DNA of 37,214 bases from Clostridia bacterium (GTDB taxonomy: Bacteria > CBDUZB01 > JAGLHV01), in NCBI GenBank assembly GCA_030637025.1, contig DAOVVV010000026.1:1-37214 (forward strand), read 5' to 3'. Position 1 is the stretch's first letter; each line of letters opens with the position of its first letter. This document shows positions 9,278-19,297 of the stretch, in pieces. The notes under the pieces were generated by a model. That model saw nothing but the letters and a program-made list of their open reading frames with translations. It searched no databases and was not told where the DNA came from. A program made the translations under genes and the position numbers.

Positions 9278-10830
9278 AGGATAATATCGAACTAAACGAA
9301 GAATTCATAAAAGCGCTTCATTTACTGGAAAAAACAAGCAGGAATGTGTTTATTACCGGGAAAGCAGGAACAGGAAAATCCACCTTGCTTGATTATTTTC
9401 GGAATACTACCAAGAGAAAAGTAGTGGTTCTTGCTCCTACCGGTGTTGCGGCGGTAAATGTTAGAGGAGAAACAATTCATTCTTTTTTTAGGTTTAGGTC
9501 CAATGTTAATTTAGAAAGAATTAAAAAGATTAAATCTAAAAAAGCCCGTTCTATTTATTGCGAAATAGATATAATTATTATTGATGAAATTTCTATGGTA
9601 AGAGCGGACCTCCTGGATTGTGTGGATAAGTTCTTGAAGTTAAACGGAAAAAATTCCCATTTGCCATTTGGCGGGACGCAAATGGTTTTTATCGGTGATT
9701 TATATCAACTTCCTCCGGTGGTATTAAGCAAAGAAAAAAATGTTTTTAAATCTTATTATAAAAGTTCTTATTTTTTTTCTGCTAAGGTTATTGATAATTT
9801 TAAAATGGAATTTATGGAATTACAAAAAATATATCGTCAGCAGGATAAAACCTTTATCGATATATTAAACAGTATTCGGAACAATACTATTACTCCCCAA
9901 CATTTAAAAATGCTTAACAGCCGGGTCGAACCTGATTTTAAAATGGAAGAAGGTAATAGTTCTGTTTACCTTACTTCTACCAATAGGTTAGCTACAAAGA
10001 TAAATCATAACCGGTTAAATGGGCTAAAATCGGAATTATATGTTTATGAAGGAGACATTGAAGGTGAATTTGATAAGAAATACCTGCCTACCGATTATGA
10101 ATTACAGATTAAAGAAGGAGCACAGGTTATACTACTTAATAATGATGCTTTTGGTCGTTGGGTAAATGGAACAATAGCTAAAATTGTGGCAATAAAAAAA
10201 GAAGTTGGGGGAGTAGCAGATACTATTCTGGTGAAACTTCCCGGAGGGAACATAGAAAAAATTAATCCTTATAAATGGGAATTATTTCATTTTGAATTTA
10301 GTTCCAAAACTCAGATACTGGAAAACAAGGTTATTGGGAAATTTATTCAGTATCCTTTGAAATTGGCCTGGGCAATAACCATTCATAAAAGTCAGGGAAA
10401 AACTTTTGATAAAGTGATAATAGATGTTAGCGGTGGAATTTTTGCTTATGGACAAACTTATGTTGCTTTAAGCAGGTGTACAAGTTTAGAAGGGATAACC
10501 CTTACCAATCCGATAAAAGAGAAACACATATTTACGGATTATCGAATTGTAAATTTTATGACTAATTATCAGTATGAAATTTCCGAGAATATTTTGCCTT
10601 TGAAGGAAAAAATTAAAATTATAAACCAGGCTATCAAAGAAGATAATCATCTTAAAATAACTTATCTTAAACGAAATGATGAGAAATCCCAAAGAACAGT
10701 AAAACCAATCGTAGTGGATGAAATGACTTATTTAAAAAGGCCCTTTTTAGGAATGGAAGCATATTGTTTTGAAAGAAAAGATAAACGGGTCTTCAGAATA
10801 GACAGGATATTGGAGATTAGTGAGGGATAG
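9274..10830 (+). CDS. Pif1-family SF1B DNA helicase with C-terminal WYL domain
   Basis: FITGKAGTGKST, LAPTGVAA, TIHSFF, IIIDEISMVRADL, GDLYQLPPV, QYPLKLAWAITIHKSQGKT, YVALSR. WYL-like tail AIKEDNHLKITY...RTVKP...EAYCFERKDKRVFRIDRI. Confidence 0.92.
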   Translation: MKDNIELNEEFIKALHLLEKTSRNVFITGKAGTGKSTLLDYFRNTTKRKVVVLAPTGVAAVNVRGETIHSFFRFRSNVNLERIKKIKSKKARSIYCEIDIIIIDEISMVRADLLDCVDKFLKLNGKNSHLPFGGTQMVFIGDLYQLPPVVLSKEKNVFKSYYKSSYFFSAKVIDNFKMEFMELQKIYRQQDKTFIDILNSIRNNTITPQHLKMLNSRVEPDFKMEEGNSSVYLTSTNRLATKINHNRLNGLKSELYVYEGDIEGEFDKKYLPTDYELQIKEGAQVILLNNDAFGRWVNGTIAKIVAIKKEVGGVADTILVKLPGGNIEKINPYKWELFHFEFSSKTQILENKVIGKFIQYPLKLAWAITIHKSQGKTFDKVIIDVSGGIFAYGQTYVALSRCTSLEGITLTNPIKEKHIFTDYRIVNFMTNYQYEISENILPLKEKIKIINQAIKEDNHLKITYLKRNDEKSQRTVKPIVVDEMTYLKRPFLGMEAYCFERKDKRVFRIDRILEISEG

Positions 10831-11023
10831 GTGTTTTATTCCGGATAAAGACGGAAGATGTATTTTACGATAAAAACTTTAAAAAATATCTGCTAATTTT
10901 TTATTTGTATTTACATTAATAAATTATTAAGATGAATTCAAATATTATCATAATTATTTTAATAAAATTAAACAAAATAAATAGATTAGCGATATAGTCC
11001 GTAATAAACAATCTTATTCTGTA

Positions 11024-11063
11024 TTTTTTGCATTTATTTCAGGGTAGAAATAAATGCAAAAAA
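11024..11063. terminator. Perfect 17-bp inverted repeat (terminator or operator) upstream of marC
   Basis: TTTTTTGCATTTATTTC-agggta-GAAATAAATGCAAAAAA. The palindrome is certain; the function is not. Confidence 0.45.
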
Positions 11064-11105
11064 GAATTTTGTTTTTTCATTTAAATTCGGTAAAGGATTA
11101 TTTTT

Positions 11106-11687
11106 ATGTTTAGAAATATTTTGTTAGCCTTTATTCCTGTATTTGTCGCCGTTGATGCCATTGGACTCTTACCTCTTTTTACTTCATTCACTCAGGGTCT
11201 TGAAAAAAAAGAAAAAATTAGTCTCATTATTCAATCTATTATTACTGCTATGTGTTTGGCTATAGGATTTCTCTTTTTGGGTAAAGGGATATTTAAATTC
11301 TTAGGTGTTACTTCCGGGGATTTTATGATAGCAGGGGGGACATTACTTTTTTGTCTTGCTATCATAGATATTGTAAATTCAGAAGGAAAACGCAGTATAA
11401 CAAATAAAGATATGGGAATTGTTCCTTTAGGTACTCCGCTAATAGCCGGTCCGGCACTTTTAACCACTTCAATAATTATTGTAGAAGAATACGGATTGTA
11501 TCCTACTTTGATATCTGTTATAGCTAATATTTTATTAGCCGGATTGATTTTTTTATTATCCACTTTTTTACTTAAGGTTTTTGGTAAATCAGGGTCTAAA
11601 GCACTTTCAAAAATAACCAGTCTCCTGCTGGCAGCAATTGCCGTAATGATGATACGCAAAGGTATAACGCAGGTTTTGAGTAATTAG
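11106..11687 (+). CDS. marC: MarC family membrane protein
   Basis: FVAVDAIGLLPLF, FMIAGGTLLF, IVPLGTPLIAGPA, LLLAAIAVMMI; about six hydrophobic segments. Confidence 0.9.
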   Translation: MFRNILLAFIPVFVAVDAIGLLPLFTSFTQGLEKKEKISLIIQSIITAMCLAIGFLFLGKGIFKFLGVTSGDFMIAGGTLLFCLAIIDIVNSEGKRSITNKDMGIVPLGTPLIAGPALLTTSIIIVEEYGLYPTLISVIANILLAGLIFLLSTFLLKVFGKSGSKALSKITSLLLAAIAVMMIRKGITQVLSN

Positions 11688-11914
11688 CAAATTATAGTAG
11701 GATAGGATATTCTAATAGCAGATTTATATCAATGAGTTTGGGATGAGAGGTTTTTTTAGAGAAAGAATGTTTAGTAATGATATTATAAGATAAAAAATGA
11801 GAAAAATTTTTGTGATTTTTAATTTAAAAGAAGAACTAATAAAAATAATTATTTAAGGTTGCTATATAATGGAAATTGCCTATTTTGGTAAATCTTTGTG
11901 GAGAAAAAACAGTT

Positions 11915-12568
11915 ATGAATAACGACAGGGTAAAAAATAAAAATCGCAGAAAAATTCAATTGATAGTATGGTGGCTACTCCCCATTATTATCTTTGGCGG
12001 TATTATTTTGCCGTACACAGGATATCTTGTATTAGGTATGATGTTAAGCTTTTTAGTTTTATCCGTTTTTAAAGGTCGCTATTGGTGTGGTTGGTTGTGT
12101 CCAAGAGGTTCATTTTTAGAAACAATTCTTGTCCATATCAGTAGAAAAGGAAAAATACCTTCTTTTTTTAAAAATATAAGATTTAGATGGATAGTTTTTT
12201 TTGTTATGATGAGTTTTATGGTCTTAAGACTAATTCAAACAGGTGGAGCACCGGAAAAAATAGGTTTTGTATTTGTAACAATGTGTATTATAACAACGGT
12301 TATTGCTATTCCCCTGGGAATTATCTTTAAGCCAAGAATCTGGTGTGTATTCTGCCCAATGGGTACATTGCAAGGACTACTTGGAAAGGATAAAAATTTA
12401 TTACATATATCAAAAGATTGTACCCAATGTGGAATATGTAATAAGGTTTGTCCAATCGAAACATCACCGTCATTATTTAAAAATGTTGGAAAAGTAAAAA
12501 GCATAGATTGTTTAAAATGCCGGGATTGCAAAACCAATTGTTTAAAGGAAGCTTTAACTTTTAAATAA
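11915..12568 (+). CDS. Membrane 4Fe-4S binding protein (NapH/YccM-like polyferredoxin)
   Basis: GRYWCGWLCPRG, RIWCVFCPMGTLQ, CTQCGICNKVCP, CLKCRDCKTNC; ATG 11915 after GGAGA (ORF track starts at TTG 11876). Confidence 0.88.
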   Translation: MNNDRVKNKNRRKIQLIVWWLLPIIIFGGIILPYTGYLVLGMMLSFLVLSVFKGRYWCGWLCPRGSFLETILVHISRKGKIPSFFKNIRFRWIVFFVMMSFMVLRLIQTGGAPEKIGFVFVTMCIITTVIAIPLGIIFKPRIWCVFCPMGTLQGLLGKDKNLLHISKDCTQCGICNKVCPIETSPSLFKNVGKVKSIDCLKCRDCKTNCLKEALTFK

Positions 12569-12888
12569 GAGGGATAATATTTTAATCATTCTTCCTCCTT
12601 AGCCATATTCACAGATTTTAAAACCTGAGCAAAAAGATGTAAAAACAACCCTTTTTTCAATATCGGATGTAAGGACTAAATAGAAGTGGCAGGATTTATT
12701 TTGCCTTTGGAAAAATACTGTGCTTGAAAATGAGGATCTCAAAGGTGTGTCCTTTTAAAATTAAAATTTTAATAAAAACTATGTACTTTTAATTCTTAAA
12801 TGACAATGGGGGGGGGCTTGAGAGTGCAAAATTATAAACTAAAGGTTAAACATTTTGGACATAACTGGAAGAGATAAAGGATGAATAA

Positions 12889-13404
12889 ATGAACAAAAGA
12901 TGTTGGTCATCAAAGTCAAGTTTCATCTCTGTTTTTGGGTTAGTTTTTGTGATTTTGTATTTAGTTGGAGGGTGTAACAATGCAACTAAAGAACAGAAAT
13001 TTATACGAGAGGATGAAGAGATTATATTGAATCGAGGTGACAAAGAAATTGTTTTTAGTATCAGAAAACATGTTTTAGAAACCTATCGTGTTTTGGAGAT
13101 GAAGATAGAGAAGGACAAAAGGCTTAAAGATGACGGGGTTGTTATTAGTTTGTGGGGAATCCCTTTGCATAAGATGTCGGACAACAGAGCATTTAGCCGC
13201 AGTGATGTAAATAAAGGCGAGTTATTTTTTCTTATTCCATCCAATGAATACACAAAAAACAAAGCAATTCGCATTGCTAAAGATAAAAAGTGTTGGCAAA
13301 AGGTTAAAATAACAGGTGAGCTGGTGATCAAGATCAGGGAAAATGGAGAGTCATTTCAGTCTAATTTATCTTATTTATACTTAAACGAGATTGATTCTAT
13401 GTAA
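12889..13404 (+). CDS. Hypothetical protein, probable lipoprotein
   Basis: 171-aa ORF with AAGGA RBS; hydrophobic stretch ending in a lipobox-like LVGG-C. Confidence 0.6.
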   Translation: MNKRCWSSKSSFISVFGLVFVILYLVGGCNNATKEQKFIREDEEIILNRGDKEIVFSIRKHVLETYRVLEMKIEKDKRLKDDGVVISLWGIPLHKMSDNRAFSRSDVNKGELFFLIPSNEYTKNKAIRIAKDKKCWQKVKITGELVIKIRENGESFQSNLSYLYLNEIDSM

Positions 13405-13562
13405 TATTGTTCTCATTATTATGTTTAATTTAAAAAATTAGTGATATGTGTGTGAACGAAGGGAAATATCTTGATTCTAATAAGACTGGAAAGTTTACTA
13501 ATCCGGCAACGAAGTGTTAATCTTAATCAGGAAGTAAATGATAAAGAAAAGGTAAAAGGTGG

Positions 13563-13581
13563 ATACCCTATGGGGGGGTAT
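13563..13581. promoter_or_regulatory. CsoR/RcnR-type operator-like pseudo-palindrome
   Basis: ATACCCTATGGGGGGGTAT: ATACCC...GGGTAT with C/G tracts, resembling CsoR operators. Confidence 0.4.
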
Positions 13582-13684
13582 AACTGTTTTTTATTGCTTT
13601 TTTAAAACATAAAAAGGTGAAATAAATGAAACATTTTTTATCTTTTTATGAGTCGCATAATTATTTTAAATATAGGGGGTAACA

Positions 13685-14998
13685 ATGCAAAATCAGCCAT
13701 CTACCAGTAATGGTAAAAGTTCTATCGGTATAAAGTTAATTATTGTATGTTCATTAATTGTTATTTTGTTAATTCCTGTTTCAATGATCATGGCTTTAGT
13801 TAAAGAACGGGAAGAAAGAAGGAATGAAACTATTAAAGAAGTCAGTTCTAAATGGGGAAACGAGCAAACTATTGCGGGTCCGATACTTACAATTCCTTAT
13901 AAAGTATATTTAAAAGATAAGAATGATAAAGTGATAGAATTAATTAAGTATGCTCATTTTTTACCTGAGGAATTAAATATTAAGGGAGATATTTTACCTG
14001 AAATACGTTATAGAGGCATATATGAAGTAGTTGTTTACCGGTCCGAATTAAAATTTAATGGAAATTTTTCCAGTCCTGATTTTAAAGATTTAGGTGTTTT
14101 GGGAAAAAATGTTGTATGGAAAGACGCTTTTGTTTCCGTGGGTATACCGGATATGAGAGGTATTGAAGAATATATTGAAATGAAATGGAACGAGAGTAAA
14201 TTTTTATTTAACCCCGGAATTAAAGTTACTGAAATTATTAATTCTGGGGTGAGCATTAAATTGCCTTTAGAGAAAAAAAGTGGTTACAATTTTTCTTTTA
14301 GCATTAGTTTAGATGGAAGTAAAAATCTGAATTTCGTTCCACTTGGCAAAGAAACTAATGTGTATTTAAAATCTAAATGGACTAATCCCAGTTTCGATGG
14401 TGCTTTTTTACCTGATGAAAGGAAAATAGATGATAAAGGTTTTGAGGCAAAATGGAAGGTATTAAATTTAAACAGAAATTATCCTCAACAATGGTTAGGT
14501 AAAGCGTATAATATATATAATTCAGTATTTGGGGTTAATTTGTTGCTTCCGGTTGATGAATATCAAAAAATAATGCGTTCGGTAAAATATGCTGCGATGA
14601 TTATATCTTTGACTTTTTTGATTTTCTTTTTTGTTGAGGTGTTAAATAAAAAACGCATACATCCGATTCAATATATATTGGTTGGTTTAGGCCTTTGTAT
14701 TTTCTACACCCTCTTGCTTTCAATATCCGAACAAACAAATTTTAATTTTGCTTATATAATTTCTAGTGTTGCTGTTATTGCTTTGATTGAAGCTTATTCT
14801 AAAACTGTTTTTAAAAATAATTTTTTAACTATAATTTTGGGATCATCATTACTGATTGTATATAGTTTTGTATATATAATTTTGCAACTTCAAGATTATG
14901 CCCTCTTAATGGGAAGTATAGGCCTTTTCGTTATTTTAGCGATAGCAATGTATTTGTCAAGAAAAGTTGATTGGTATTCTGTTGATTTAGATAAATAA
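13685..14998 (+). CDS. creD: Inner membrane protein CreD
   Basis: WGNEQTIAGPILTIPY, HFLPEEL, RYRGIYEVVVY, WTNPSFDGAFLP, RSVKYA, IHPIQYILVGLGLCIFYTLLLSISE, LQDYALLMGSIGLF, SRKVDWY. Confidence 0.93.
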   Translation: MQNQPSTSNGKSSIGIKLIIVCSLIVILLIPVSMIMALVKEREERRNETIKEVSSKWGNEQTIAGPILTIPYKVYLKDKNDKVIELIKYAHFLPEELNIKGDILPEIRYRGIYEVVVYRSELKFNGNFSSPDFKDLGVLGKNVVWKDAFVSVGIPDMRGIEEYIEMKWNESKFLFNPGIKVTEIINSGVSIKLPLEKKSGYNFSFSISLDGSKNLNFVPLGKETNVYLKSKWTNPSFDGAFLPDERKIDDKGFEAKWKVLNLNRNYPQQWLGKAYNIYNSVFGVNLLLPVDEYQKIMRSVKYAAMIISLTFLIFFFVEVLNKKRIHPIQYILVGLGLCIFYTLLLSISEQTNFNFAYIISSVAVIALIEAYSKTVFKNNFLTIILGSSLLIVYSFVYIILQLQDYALLMGSIGLFVILAIAMYLSRKVDWYSVDLDK

Positions 14999-15183
14999 TT
15001 ATGAGGATAGAAAAATTGTAATTACTCTTAAAAGTAAGATAGTAAATATGAGAATGTTTAGTTAAAGGGTTGAAACATTGGAAGGCAGCCAGATAAAAAA
15101 GCTAAACCGTAAAATATACGCAGAAAAGCAATATTCCCGGAATTTGGAAAAGGAAATGAATGAATAAAAAGGGAGACAAGAAA

Positions 15184-15447
15184 ATGAAAAAAAAGAATAA
15201 GAGAGTTGAGGAAATGAAAAAAGTACTTGAAGCTTGCGGCGAGGAAATGAGTATAGATGAGGAAATGAAAATGAAAGGGTATTTAAATAATATTGTTATG
15301 CTAATAAAGGATATTGTCAAAGGAATTAGAACGTATAAGTCATTAAAATATATTGAAAAAATGCAACTTATAACTATAATAATTTGTATTGGCGTGGTTG
15401 TTCTTGCGTGTGTAATAGGATTTCTTGATGGATTGGCACAACTCTAA
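15184..15447 (+). CDS. Small hypothetical protein with C-terminal TM helix
   Basis: GGAGA RBS before ATG 15184 (in frame with 15160); hydrophobic C-terminus LITIIICIGVVVLACVIGFL. Confidence 0.5.
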   Translation: MKKKNKRVEEMKKVLEACGEEMSIDEEMKMKGYLNNIVMLIKDIVKGIRTYKSLKYIEKMQLITIIICIGVVVLACVIGFLDGLAQL

Positions 15448-15484
15448 GCTTTCAAGGAATGAAGGATGATATCCTGAAAAACGA

Positions 15485-15629
15485 TTAGACTTCTATAACA
15501 CATTCTGTCTGCCTATCCGCTCCGCCTGAGGCGGATGATGCGGAATCTATAATGTTCTTAAATATTAATAGATTCCTGCTTTCGCAGGAATGACAATAAA
15601 GGTAAAAAAGCTATTTTGCAGAAGTCTAA
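15485..15629. mobile_element. MITE-like remnant with 10-bp terminal inverted repeats enclosing REP/RS3-like hairpins
   Basis: TTAGACTTCT ... AGAAGTCTAA; internal TCCGCCTGAGGCGGA and GATTCCTGCTTTCGCAGGAATGAC (15571-15594). Confidence 0.55.
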
Positions 15630-15820
15630 AAAACGATATAAAAGGAGGAAAAAATTTTACATTTGAAAAAAAGTTTGAGAAAATAATCCGTTAAAACAAG
15701 GATTCCCTCAAAGCTATAATAAATTCCACAGTAAAAGCCAGAGATTTTTTCAGGAAGGATAGAGTAAAAAGATGGAATGACCGGGTATTTAATAAAATAC
15801 ATTATAGCGATTATTTATAT

Positions 15821-16060
15821 CTATTCTATGTTTTCCCATTGATTTTCCTGTTCTTTAATTTTTTGGTTGATTTGGTTGACTTTATCTTTTGCTGTATTAA
15901 TCATTCCCGGAAGATCGGAGGTATTAATGCCTTCTTTCGCCAGTTCCTTACTAATTGACGAATTATTCATCGAAATATTCATCATTGTATAATACAAGAA
16001 ACCGATAATAACAACTACTATTAAAATTTCTATCAATCCGAATCCTTTTTTTCGTTTCAT
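15821..16060 (-). CDS. Small prepilin-type N-terminal methylation domain protein
   Basis: MKRKKG/FGLIEILIVVVIIG: basic leader, G/F cleavage site, Glu at +5, hydrophobic helix; only 79 aa. Confidence 0.8.
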   Translation of the reverse strand: MKRKKGFGLIEILIVVVIIGFLYYTMMNISMNNSSISKELAKEGINTSDLPGMINTAKDKVNQINQKIKEQENQWENIE

Positions 16061-16445
16061 ATCGTTTACCTTTTTTTCTTTAATATTTATTTAAAAGTTA
16101 CGGAAAAACTTTGTTATTTATTTTTTCCTTCTTCGGGAAATCATTGTGCTGATTGATAGTAAAATCATTATAATACCGAGAATTATTAATAGAGTGTGCA
16201 TGGTTTGTATCCCTATTTATTGTATATAAAAAAAAGCTAAAATGCAAGAAATTGCTCAAATAAGTAATGTCAAGATTTATTCTGAGTTGCATTTTAAAAT
16301 AAGCCCGATTGCTATTTCTTGTTAGTTTTTGCTTTTTTTAAAGGTTTATTCTGTCAGAAATTTTTTACTGTTGACTTTCTATTATTTTATTGTTAACTTA
16401 TCTATATAGAACACTTTAGTTTTTTTCAGAAGGAGGGAGAAATAA

Positions 16446-18278
16446 ATGAGTTTTTTGGAAAGAAAATACAAGAAACATATTTTTAAAACAATATTGATTT
16501 TTACTTCTATTATTTTTTTATGTAATTATTCGGAATCAAAAGAAGTGTTTGAATTAATAGAAGAACACAAAGAAATGATTAGACTTGATTCTGATAATGT
16601 GGAAGTACGTTTTAATCTTGGATTGCTTTATGCGGAAAAAGAATTATATAATGAGGCTATAGCAGAATTTAAAGAGGTGGTAAGGATTAATCCTGATTTT
16701 ACCATGGTGCATGGTAATCTTGCCTTGGCTTATGAAAAGAAAGGGCTGTATGAAAAAGCGATAGATGCATATAAAAATGCAATAAGGATAAATCATGATG
16801 ATGTGGCAGCGCGTTATAATTTAGGAATGCTTTATGGCGAAAAAGGTTTACATAATGAAGCCGTAGTGGAGTTTAAAGAGGTGCTAAGGATTAAACCTGA
16901 TTTTGCTCTGGCACATCGTAATCTTGGTTTGGCGTATGAAAAGCAGGGTTTGAAGGAGAAGGCGATAGAGGAGTATGAAGAGGCAATAAGGATAAATCAT
17001 GATGATGTGGCATCGCGTTATAATCTGGGAATGCTTTATGGTGGAAAAGGGTTACATAATGAGGCCATAGTAGAGTTTAAAGAGGTGCTAAGGATTAAAC
17101 CTGATTTTGCTCTGGCTTACGGTAATCTTGGGGTGGCTTATGGTAAAAAAGGATTATCTAATAAAGCGATAGTAAAATATAAAGAGGCGATAAGGCTTAA
17201 TCCTGATCTTGCAGATGTTCACTATAATCTTGGTTTGGCTTATGAGGAGAAAGGTTTAGATAATCAAGCGATAAAAGAGTATAAAGAAGTGCTCAGGATA
17301 GAGCCTAAACATGTGGAGGCACATTATAATCTTGGAGCGACTTATAGTGAGAAGGGTTTGTATGATTGGGCGATAAAAGAATATAAAGAAGCTCTCAGGA
17401 TAAATCCGAATTATGCAAAAGCTCATTATAATCTTGGAGTGGCTTATAGTGAGAAAGGTTTGTATGATTGGGCGATAAAAGAATATAAAGAATCGCTCAG
17501 GATAAATCCGGAGGATGCAAAAGCTCATTGTGGACTTGGGTTGCTTTATTGGAATAAAAAATTATCCGATAAAGCGATAAAAGAGTATAAAGAAGCTCTT
17601 AGAATAGAGCCTGACTATGCGGAGGCACATTGTAATTTGGGAGTAGTTTATAGAAATAAAGGTTTGCCTGATCAAGCAATAATCAAGTATAAAGAGGCTC
17701 TGAAAAAAGATTCCGGTTATGAGGAGGCCCACTATAATCTTGGGAATGTTTATTGCCAAAAGGGTTTATATGACCAGGCAATAAAAGAATATAAAAAGTC
17801 GCTTAAAATAGATCGTAATTATGCGGAAGTGTATTGTAATCTGGGAGTGGTTTATTACAAAAAAGGATTATATAATAAATCGATAGCAAAATATAAAAAG
17901 GCACTCAGGATAAATCCTAATGATGCCAGAGTTCGTTGTAATCTTGGAGTTGTTTATTGTGATAAAAAATTATACGAGGAGGCGATGAAAGAATATAAAG
18001 AAGCTCTCAGGATTCAACCTGATGACCCGGCTGTGCATAGTAATCTTGGGTTGCTTTATGGGATGAGAGGGCTATATGACCAATCAATAGAAGAATGTAA
18101 AGAAGCACTTAAGATAAATCCTCATTTTGCGGAAGTACATTATAATCTTGGGTTAGTTTATTCAGTTTTTGGGAAACAAAAAGAAGCAATGGATGAATAT
18201 CGTATCTTGAAGGAATTAGATGAGGATTTGGCTGTTAAACTTTTTGATTTATTTATAAGTAAACATTTTTTCCCATAG
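16446..18278 (+). CDS. Tetratricopeptide repeat protein (about 16 TPRs) with N-terminal signal/TM
   Basis: 34-aa repeats AHYNLGVAYxxKGLYDxAIKEYKEALRINP; AGGAGG RBS. Confidence 0.93.
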   Translation: MSFLERKYKKHIFKTILIFTSIIFLCNYSESKEVFELIEEHKEMIRLDSDNVEVRFNLGLLYAEKELYNEAIAEFKEVVRINPDFTMVHGNLALAYEKKGLYEKAIDAYKNAIRINHDDVAARYNLGMLYGEKGLHNEAVVEFKEVLRIKPDFALAHRNLGLAYEKQGLKEKAIEEYEEAIRINHDDVASRYNLGMLYGGKGLHNEAIVEFKEVLRIKPDFALAYGNLGVAYGKKGLSNKAIVKYKEAIRLNPDLADVHYNLGLAYEEKGLDNQAIKEYKEVLRIEPKHVEAHYNLGATYSEKGLYDWAIKEYKEALRINPNYAKAHYNLGVAYSEKGLYDWAIKEYKESLRINPEDAKAHCGLGLLYWNKKLSDKAIKEYKEALRIEPDYAEAHCNLGVVYRNKGLPDQAIIKYKEALKKDSGYEEAHYNLGNVYCQKGLYDQAIKEYKKSLKIDRNYAEVYCNLGVVYYKKGLYNKSIAKYKKALRINPNDARVRCNLGVVYCDKKLYEEAMKEYKEALRIQPDDPAVHSNLGLLYGMRGLYDQSIEECKEALKINPHFAEVHYNLGLVYSVFGKQKEAMDEYRILKELDEDLAVKLFDLFISKHFFP

Positions 18279-18364
18279 ATTTGCAACTATTCCAAAATAG
18301 CTGTTTAGTAAAAACCTGCCATCTAAAATTCAATAAATTTTAAAAAAAGGAATTTAAATAAATC

Positions 18365-18393
18365 TTGATTTTTAAAAGTTAATTAAATATAAT
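18365..18393 (+). promoter_or_regulatory. Sigma70-type promoter for htpX
   Basis: TTGATT-17 nt-TATAAT. Confidence 0.6.
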
Positions 18394-18442
18394 AAACAAT
18401 AATAGAAGTAATTGATTAAAAAAGATATTTAATAAGGGGGAG

Positions 18443-19297
18443 ATGAAAATGAATAGATTAAAGACTTTTTTATTAATGGTGGGATTGATGTTTTTGTTTA
18501 TTTTTGTGGGGGGAGCCATAGGTGGAAGTCAGGGGATGATAATTGCTTTTATTTTTGCTTGTTGCATGAATTTTTTTGCTTATTGGTTTTCCGATAAGAT
18601 TGTTTTGAGTATGTATAAGGCAAGGGAGGTAAATGAACAGGAATTTCCCCGGCTTTATGCTATAGTGAGGAATTTGGCTGGTAGGGCTAATTTGCCTATG
18701 CCGCGGGTTTATATTATTCCGACTCAGGTACCTAATGCTTTTGCTACCGGCAGAAATCCGGAAAATGCGGCAGTAGCCGTAACTCAATCTCTTTTAGAGG
18801 TATTGAACGAGCAGGAATTAAGCGGTGTTTTGGCCCATGAGTTAGCTCATGTTAAAAATAGAGATATTCTTATTTCTACTATTGCGGCTACTTTGGCCGG
18901 GGCAATTACTATGTTGGCTTATATAGCCCGGTTTTCTGCTCTTTTTGGTGGATATGGAGGACGGGGAAGGAATAGAGGCGGTGGAGGATTGATTGGTTTG
19001 TTAGCTATGGCTATTTTAGCACCTATTGCGGCAATGTTGATTCAGATGGCTATTTCCCGTTCCCGGGAATACTTAGCTGATAGAGGAGGAGGGGAGATTT
19101 CCGGAAATCCTCTTGCTTTGGCCGGTGCTTTAAAGAAATTAGAATATGCTGCGCAAAGAAATCCGGGAAGTTCTAATTCTACTACGGCGCATATGTTTAT
19201 CGTTAATCCATTCAGAAAAGGTTTTTTAACCGGCTTATTTAGTACTCATCCTTCAACCGAGGAGAGAGTAAAAAGATTAGAGGCAATGGCCGGATAA
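18443..19297 (+). CDS. htpX: Zinc metalloprotease HtpX (M48)
   Basis: [24 protein letters not shown] (HExxH), [20 protein letters not shown]. Confidence 0.97.
   Translation: MKMNRLKTFLLMVGLMFLFIFVGGAIGGSQGMIIAFIFACCMNFFAYWFSDKIVLSMYKAREVNEQEFPRLYAIVRNLAGRANLPMPRVYIIPTQVPNAFATGRNPENAAVAVTQSLLEVLNEQELSGVLAHELAHVKNRDILISTIAATLAGAITMLAYIARFSALFGGYGGRGRNRGGGGLIGLLAMAILAPIAAMLIQMAISRSREYLADRGGGEISGNPLALAGALKKLEYAAQRNPGSSNSTTAHMFIVNPFRKGFLTGLFSTHPSTEERVKRLEAMAG

Noticed and set aside
15000-15820. Riboswitch (e.g. c-di-GMP) in the spacers around the small ORFs
   Set aside because: No recognisable aptamer consensus by eye; an Infernal/Rfam scan would settle it.
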